A stretch of 64,000 bases of DNA, from sequence record OV876907; one strand, written 5' to 3'. Position 1 is the stretch's first letter. Each line of letters starts with the position of its first letter. The notes under the pieces are model-generated. The model was not told where the DNA came from. It ran no database searches and saw only the letters and a program-made list of their open reading frames with translations. This DNA is from Escherichia phage UGJNEcP3. The translations under genes and the position numbers were made by a program. Below, in pieces: positions 60,132 to 64,000 of the stretch.

Positions 60132-60680
60132 TTAATTCAATACATTAACCACTGCACTACGAGGTACTACGCTAAAATCACCAGCATGTACAACGTTCAG
60201 GAGTTCAACACCATCTTCAATCCACTGGTCTGTTACCCAACCACAGATAGGATTATCAAAAGGACGACGGATAGCCACAGCAGCACACAACAGGTCGGTA
60301 GGGCCTTGTTCTTCAACTTCTTGGAACAGGATGAACTCATCTTCATAAACCAGGTTTTTCTCTATTTTGTTATTATCTAACCGGCGGCCGTGGATGACGT
60401 AAGATTTGTCAAACCACTCACTTTTGGCGAATTCTTCAACAATAAATTCGCCTTCGCCAAAAACATCAGTCAGAGTTTTATAACCAGAAATCAAGGCCTT
60501 AATTTTAATTTCAGGTTCAACCAGTTTGTAGGTTTTGCCGATTTCGATAGTCTGAGTAGTCATAGTGGTTTCCTTAATTTCCAGTGGTTTAACAGGGCAT
60601 ACATAAGTGCTTAAAACATCAAAATCAATCAGTTTAGCTGCCGGATTCGGGGTGTATTTAGGGTTGTAATTAAATTTCAT
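60132..60680 (-). CDS. hypothetical protein, paralog B of a tandem pair
   Basis: 182 aa; C-terminal block GWVTDQWIEDGVELLNVVHAGDFSVVPRSA; start overlaps the upstream stop (ATGA). Confidence 0.45.
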   Translation of the reverse strand: MKFNYNPKYTPNPAAKLIDFDVLSTYVCPVKPLEIKETTMTTQTIEIGKTYKLVEPEIKIKALISGYKTLTDVFGEGEFIVEEFAKSEWFDKSYVIHGRRLDNNKIEKNLVYEDEFILFQEVEEQGPTDLLCAAVAIRRPFDNPICGWVTDQWIEDGVELLNVVHAGDFSVVPRSAVVNVLN

Positions 60681-61186
60681 ATTGTTCTCAATTCAATAAA
60701 ATCTACGAGTTCGGCATAAGATTTGCGGAACATTACTTGGCGGCCACCGATGACAACCTCATCTTCTGGTATTTCGTAAACAGCAAGATAGAATCCTTTA
60801 GAAGATAATTCTTTACGCTCTTCACGAGTGAACCAGCGCATCATATCATACTCACTGGCAAAAGCAAAATGGTAGAGGTTAACAAACCAGCCTGGAATAT
60901 AATCGTCGCAGCCTTCATAATCAGGTCGTTTCCACTTAGTTCTAATGGTTTTATTAGAATTTTCTACCAGCAACTTATCTTGACTTGGTAGTGGGATATT
61001 TTTATTAATGCTATGATGATGTCTAAAAATAGGTCTGTCTAAACCTACTTCTAATAACCAGCCTTCACTCCATGAGTCTGTTGTACTTCTATACGGGGTC
61101 ATTTGAGTACAGAGGTCTCGTCGTATTGTGATAGTGTTTCCATCATCTAAGATACTGAACGATGACTCAACTCGATAAATTTTCAT
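60677..61186 (-). CDS. hypothetical protein
   Basis: 169 aa ORF with promoter module 61214-61242. Confidence 0.45.
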   Translation of the reverse strand: MKIYRVESSFSILDDGNTITIRRDLCTQMTPYRSTTDSWSEGWLLEVGLDRPIFRHHHSINKNIPLPSQDKLLVENSNKTIRTKWKRPDYEGCDDYIPGWFVNLYHFAFASEYDMMRWFTREERKELSSKGFYLAVYEIPEDEVVIGGRQVMFRKSYAELVDFIELRTI

Positions 61187-61213
61187 TTTGTTCTCCTCAT
61201 GTTGATAGGGTAG

Positions 61214-61242
61214 ATAATATCATGTCATGAGGAGAAGTAAAC
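61214..61242 (-). promoter_or_regulatory. T4-type early promoter
   Basis: Minus strand GTTTAC, 17 nt, TATTAT, then leader CTACCCTATCAACATGAGGAGAACAAA and ATG. Confidence 0.5.
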
Positions 61243-61246
61243 ACTT

Positions 61247-61921
61247 TTATCGATTTTTTACACTTAATGGGTCTGGATTCTCAGGAACATCTTCTAGGCT
61301 CAAGGCATACCGTTGAGCGTATTTCAGCATCAAGATATCCTTGGCGCAGTCATGGATGGAGTCATGGGCTACAAAGCCATTCAATGTTCCGTTAGGCAGA
61401 GGGCACATGCTTAATCCACGCGTCAGTGAATAGGCTTCAATGGCCGTACGGATATCGCGTTGGTTCCAGAATTTAACCGGTTCCAACTTAGTGGTATCGA
61501 CTTCGTTCTCAGGAACACCTTCAGAACGATAAGCATCACGAATAAGGTCCACTAAGATCGGAAAGTCAAAGGACATTCCGCGGCACCACATCTGGGATTT
61601 CCATTGGTCCACTTCGTTTTTACGACAGTATTCCAGGAAATTACCAATGCCGATAGAAGTACTCACATCAATTTCGGACGGAGCCAGGTTTTTACGTGCT
61701 TCAGGTCCTTGTTCTTTCCACCACTGCAATGTGCTTTTAGAGAACAGACGTTTATCGCGTTGAGAAGCCAAATCGAATTTAATACGAAGGCCGCGTTGAG
61801 TAAGCTCTTCAAACGATTCTACTACCTCTGGATTGGGGTCATAAGCAATTACGGCGAGGTCTATAACTGCTGCATTTTGGGTAGTGGCAAAGGTTTCGAA
61901 GTCAATAATTATATCTTTCAT
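61247..61921 (-). CDS. dexA: exonuclease A
   Basis: 224 aa; IIDFETF...AAVIDLAVIAYDPNPEVVE...GFVAHDSIHDCAKDI.MLKYA matches recalled T4 DexA. Confidence 0.85.
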   Translation of the reverse strand: MKDIIIDFETFATTQNAAVIDLAVIAYDPNPEVVESFEELTQRGLRIKFDLASQRDKRLFSKSTLQWWKEQGPEARKNLAPSEIDVSTSIGIGNFLEYCRKNEVDQWKSQMWCRGMSFDFPILVDLIRDAYRSEGVPENEVDTTKLEPVKFWNQRDIRTAIEAYSLTRGLSMCPLPNGTLNGFVAHDSIHDCAKDILMLKYAQRYALSLEDVPENPDPLSVKNR

Positions 61922-62208
61922 TTAACGTACCTCATAAGGTCTCGGATTTGGCCAACGGTATAGTCTTCAATATAAACCGAAGAGATATTGTCGTCCATCA
62001 GTTTTTGCACTGCAATAAAATCACTTTCAATCTCTTTAAGTGAATGCAAGACCTTATGAGCCTTGCCACGGATATTTGTATCGTCTGGGTTGACCTTAAT
62101 AATATATTCCGTCTCGAATTTCAACTTATAAAATTGGTCTTTAGTTACTTTAATCATATTTTCCTCAAACATAATAGGCATCAGTACGAGCACGGGTAAT
62201 ACTAACAT
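61918..62208 (-). CDS. hypothetical protein
   Basis: 96 aa ORF between dda and dexA. Confidence 0.4.
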   Translation of the reverse strand: MLVLPVLVLMPIMFEENMIKVTKDQFYKLKFETEYIIKVNPDDTNIRGKAHKVLHSLKEIESDFIAVQKLMDDNISSVYIEDYTVGQIRDLMRYVK

Positions 62209-63496
62209 AAGCCAGCTGTGAAGCTAAATTGGCATCTGCCATGTGCATGCACGGAGTATAGATGAAACTGTTTTGGACAGTAAGACCCTGTGATTTATGA
62301 ACAGTGCTCACCGGAAGAGCTCGAACCTTAGTGAACATTCGCTTAGCTTTCCAGAAATCAGCCCACTTAGGTTTCTTACCAGTTCCACGCATAGCCTTGT
62401 ACTCAGTAGCCACCTTAGCCAAGAAATAATGGAACTTCTCAACTGAAGCCTCATCAATAACTTTCAAGTGTTCTACATAGTACTCGTCATCCTCATCAAC
62501 AGATTCAACCTGGAGGTCCCAGTAATTAATCATCTGGCGAGTGCCTACATCCTTGGCAGACAAAAACAATGAGGTGTGGTTCACATCTAAAATACGAACC
62601 ATCTGGCCGTTATTAAAAATGGTTTCAGAGAATTTCTTACCGTCGTATTCAAGTTCCTTAATAAAAGGCTCTTGCATCACGAGGATTTCACCCTTAATAT
62701 AAGGCGCATCGGTTTCATAAAGCTTTTTACGAATAATACTATTCAGCTTTTCAACTGATTTATTTGTATAAGCAAACATCCTATTCTCAAACAAGGCATC
62801 TGCGTCTTTTACGATGGAAAAATAATTCATCATAAAATCTTTTAAAGCAGTCTGAGATTTAAAACCATGGACACCGTGTCCTTCGAATACACAATCTCTA
62901 AACCATCCACCATTACGGATTTCAGTAGCCACCTCAATGATAGGAGCATTACTACGCATCACTTCAGTCAAATGCAATTGCTTTATTTTTGGATGCGTAA
63001 AGAATGGAGACAACTGAGGACTACCATCACTTCCAGGTTCCACAGGCTGTAGCTGAGCTCGGTCACCAATCCCTAATACAGTACACCATGGTGGCACGGA
63101 AGACTCAATAATCTTAAACAACTTACCGTCAATCATTGAGCCTTCATCAACAACTAACACATTACACTTGCTCAAGTCAGGAGCTTCTCGTTGTTCAAAG
63201 ATATCCTGGTCTTCGTATGTAGTAGGGTTAATCTTTAAGATTCGATGAATTGTCGATGCTTCTTGGCCTGCGAGTTTAGACAATACCTTTTTGGCTGCAT
63301 GTGTAGGTGCAGTCAAAATAACTCCGAGTTCACCATTCTTGACCAAGTGGTCAAGGATAAATTTAGTAAGGGTTGTTTTACCTGTACCGGCAGGACCGTT
63401 CAATGTAATCCATTCGCCCTTACGTCGTTTAATAGCTTCAATGATTTCTTTAAAGGCCGTCCTCTGGCCGATGTTCAAGTCTTCAAATGTAATCAT
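62165..63496 (-). CDS. dda: DNA helicase Dda (SF1B)
   Basis: 443 aa; Walker A GPAGTGKTT, blocks APTHAAKK, FTNKSVEKLNSIIRKK; near-identical in blocks to recalled T4 Dda. Confidence 0.9.
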   Translation of the reverse strand: MITFEDLNIGQRTAFKEIIEAIKRRKGEWITLNGPAGTGKTTLTKFILDHLVKNGELGVILTAPTHAAKKVLSKLAGQEASTIHRILKINPTTYEDQDIFEQREAPDLSKCNVLVVDEGSMIDGKLFKIIESSVPPWCTVLGIGDRAQLQPVEPGSDGSPQLSPFFTHPKIKQLHLTEVMRSNAPIIEVATEIRNGGWFRDCVFEGHGVHGFKSQTALKDFMMNYFSIVKDADALFENRMFAYTNKSVEKLNSIIRKKLYETDAPYIKGEILVMQEPFIKELEYDGKKFSETIFNNGQMVRILDVNHTSLFLSAKDVGTRQMINYWDLQVESVDEDDEYYVEHLKVIDEASVEKFHYFLAKVATEYKAMRGTGKKPKWADFWKAKRMFTKVRALPVSTVHKSQGLTVQNSFIYTPCMHMADANLASQLAYVSITRARTDAYYV

Positions 63497-63792
63497 GCCA
63501 ATTTTACTCGCTTAACATATAAAGTGTCTAAAACTAATTTAAGTTCTCGGGCTCGTTCTTCGGTAGGATATACTGTTTTAGTTTCCCACTTATCAAACCA
63601 CCATTTTCTTGGCGTGCACACTGTTTCAAGGCGTCCAAGCTGAAGATATCTTTTTGTTGAGATTTCATAAGCCTCTAAAGCAGTGTCGGCTCCAATCTTT
63701 GTCGAATACAAAGTCACTTCACCGGCATCTTCTAATGGAATTTCGTACCCGTCTTTGTCCTTGTGAACTAATACGTATGCATAGTACATCAC
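63493..63792 (-). CDS. hypothetical protein
   Basis: 99 aa ORF whose stop overlaps the dda start. Confidence 0.4.
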   Translation of the reverse strand: MMYYAYVLVHKDKDGYEIPLEDAGEVTLYSTKIGADTALEAYEISTKRYLQLGRLETVCTPRKWWFDKWETKTVYPTEERARELKLVLDTLYVKRVKLA

Positions 63793-63793
63793 G

Positions 63794-63997
63794 TTAACCT
63801 CTAATCAGTGAAAAAATTGAAGCATTCAGCGGAAGACCTTTTTTCAACTTCAATTTGTCAATAAAAGAAAGGTGTTCTAAACGCTCCAGACCTTGAATAA
63901 TTTTATCATACATATCGTAACGCGTTTCTGCTTCAGACAATTTAAACTTGACACGCCAGTCAGGTCCACCAATTAAAGATTTAAGACCTTTTTCCAT
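63794..63997 (-). CDS. hypothetical protein
   Basis: 67 aa ORF near the window edge. Confidence 0.3.
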   Translation of the reverse strand: MEKGLKSLIGGPDWRVKFKLSEAETRYDMYDKIIQGLERLEHLSFIDKLKLKKGLPLNASIFSLIRG

Positions 63998-64000
63998 AGT

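Overview
This window reads as a contiguous segment of a T4-like (Tevenvirinae) myovirus genome, identified by recalled protein similarity and gene order; no searches were run. It has three blocks. (1) Plus-strand late structural genes: baseplate hub/tube genes 27(partial)-28-29-48-54. (2) A long minus-strand early/middle region in T4 order: alt x3, DNA ligase 30, rIII, 31, cd, pseT, spanins, rnlA(63), denA, nrdB, nrdA, td, frd, 32, 59, 33, dsbA, rnh. (3) Plus-strand long tail fibre genes 34-35-36-37-38 and holin t, followed by a second minus-strand early block: asiA, motA, 52, ndd, rIIB, rIIA, 39, dexA, dda. Departures from T4 itself: alt is present as three tandem paralogs, the fibre tip is T2-type (gp37 with a C-terminal intramolecular chaperone domain plus a glycine-rich gp38 adhesin), gene 39 is one full-length ORF with no gene 60 split, and td and nrdB are uninterrupted. 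Intergenic regions carry a repeated early promoter plus leader module, TATAAATA late promoters and C(UUCG)G-type hairpins. Several ORF-track N-termini are over-extended through leader ATGs; starts were re-set using the recurrent GAGGAAA(A/T)TAT(T/A)ATG initiation context. Four small hydrophobic ORFs under 60 aa are missing from the track. No tRNA, rRNA, CRISPR or transposon was seen. The best candidates for uncharacterised biology are the alt triplication (one copy with a variant catalytic motif), a NADAR-like/HAD-like gene pair downstream of ligase, a second lipoprotein near gene 39, and a tandem pair of paralogous unknown proteins upstream of dexA; none amounts to a demonstrated new system.
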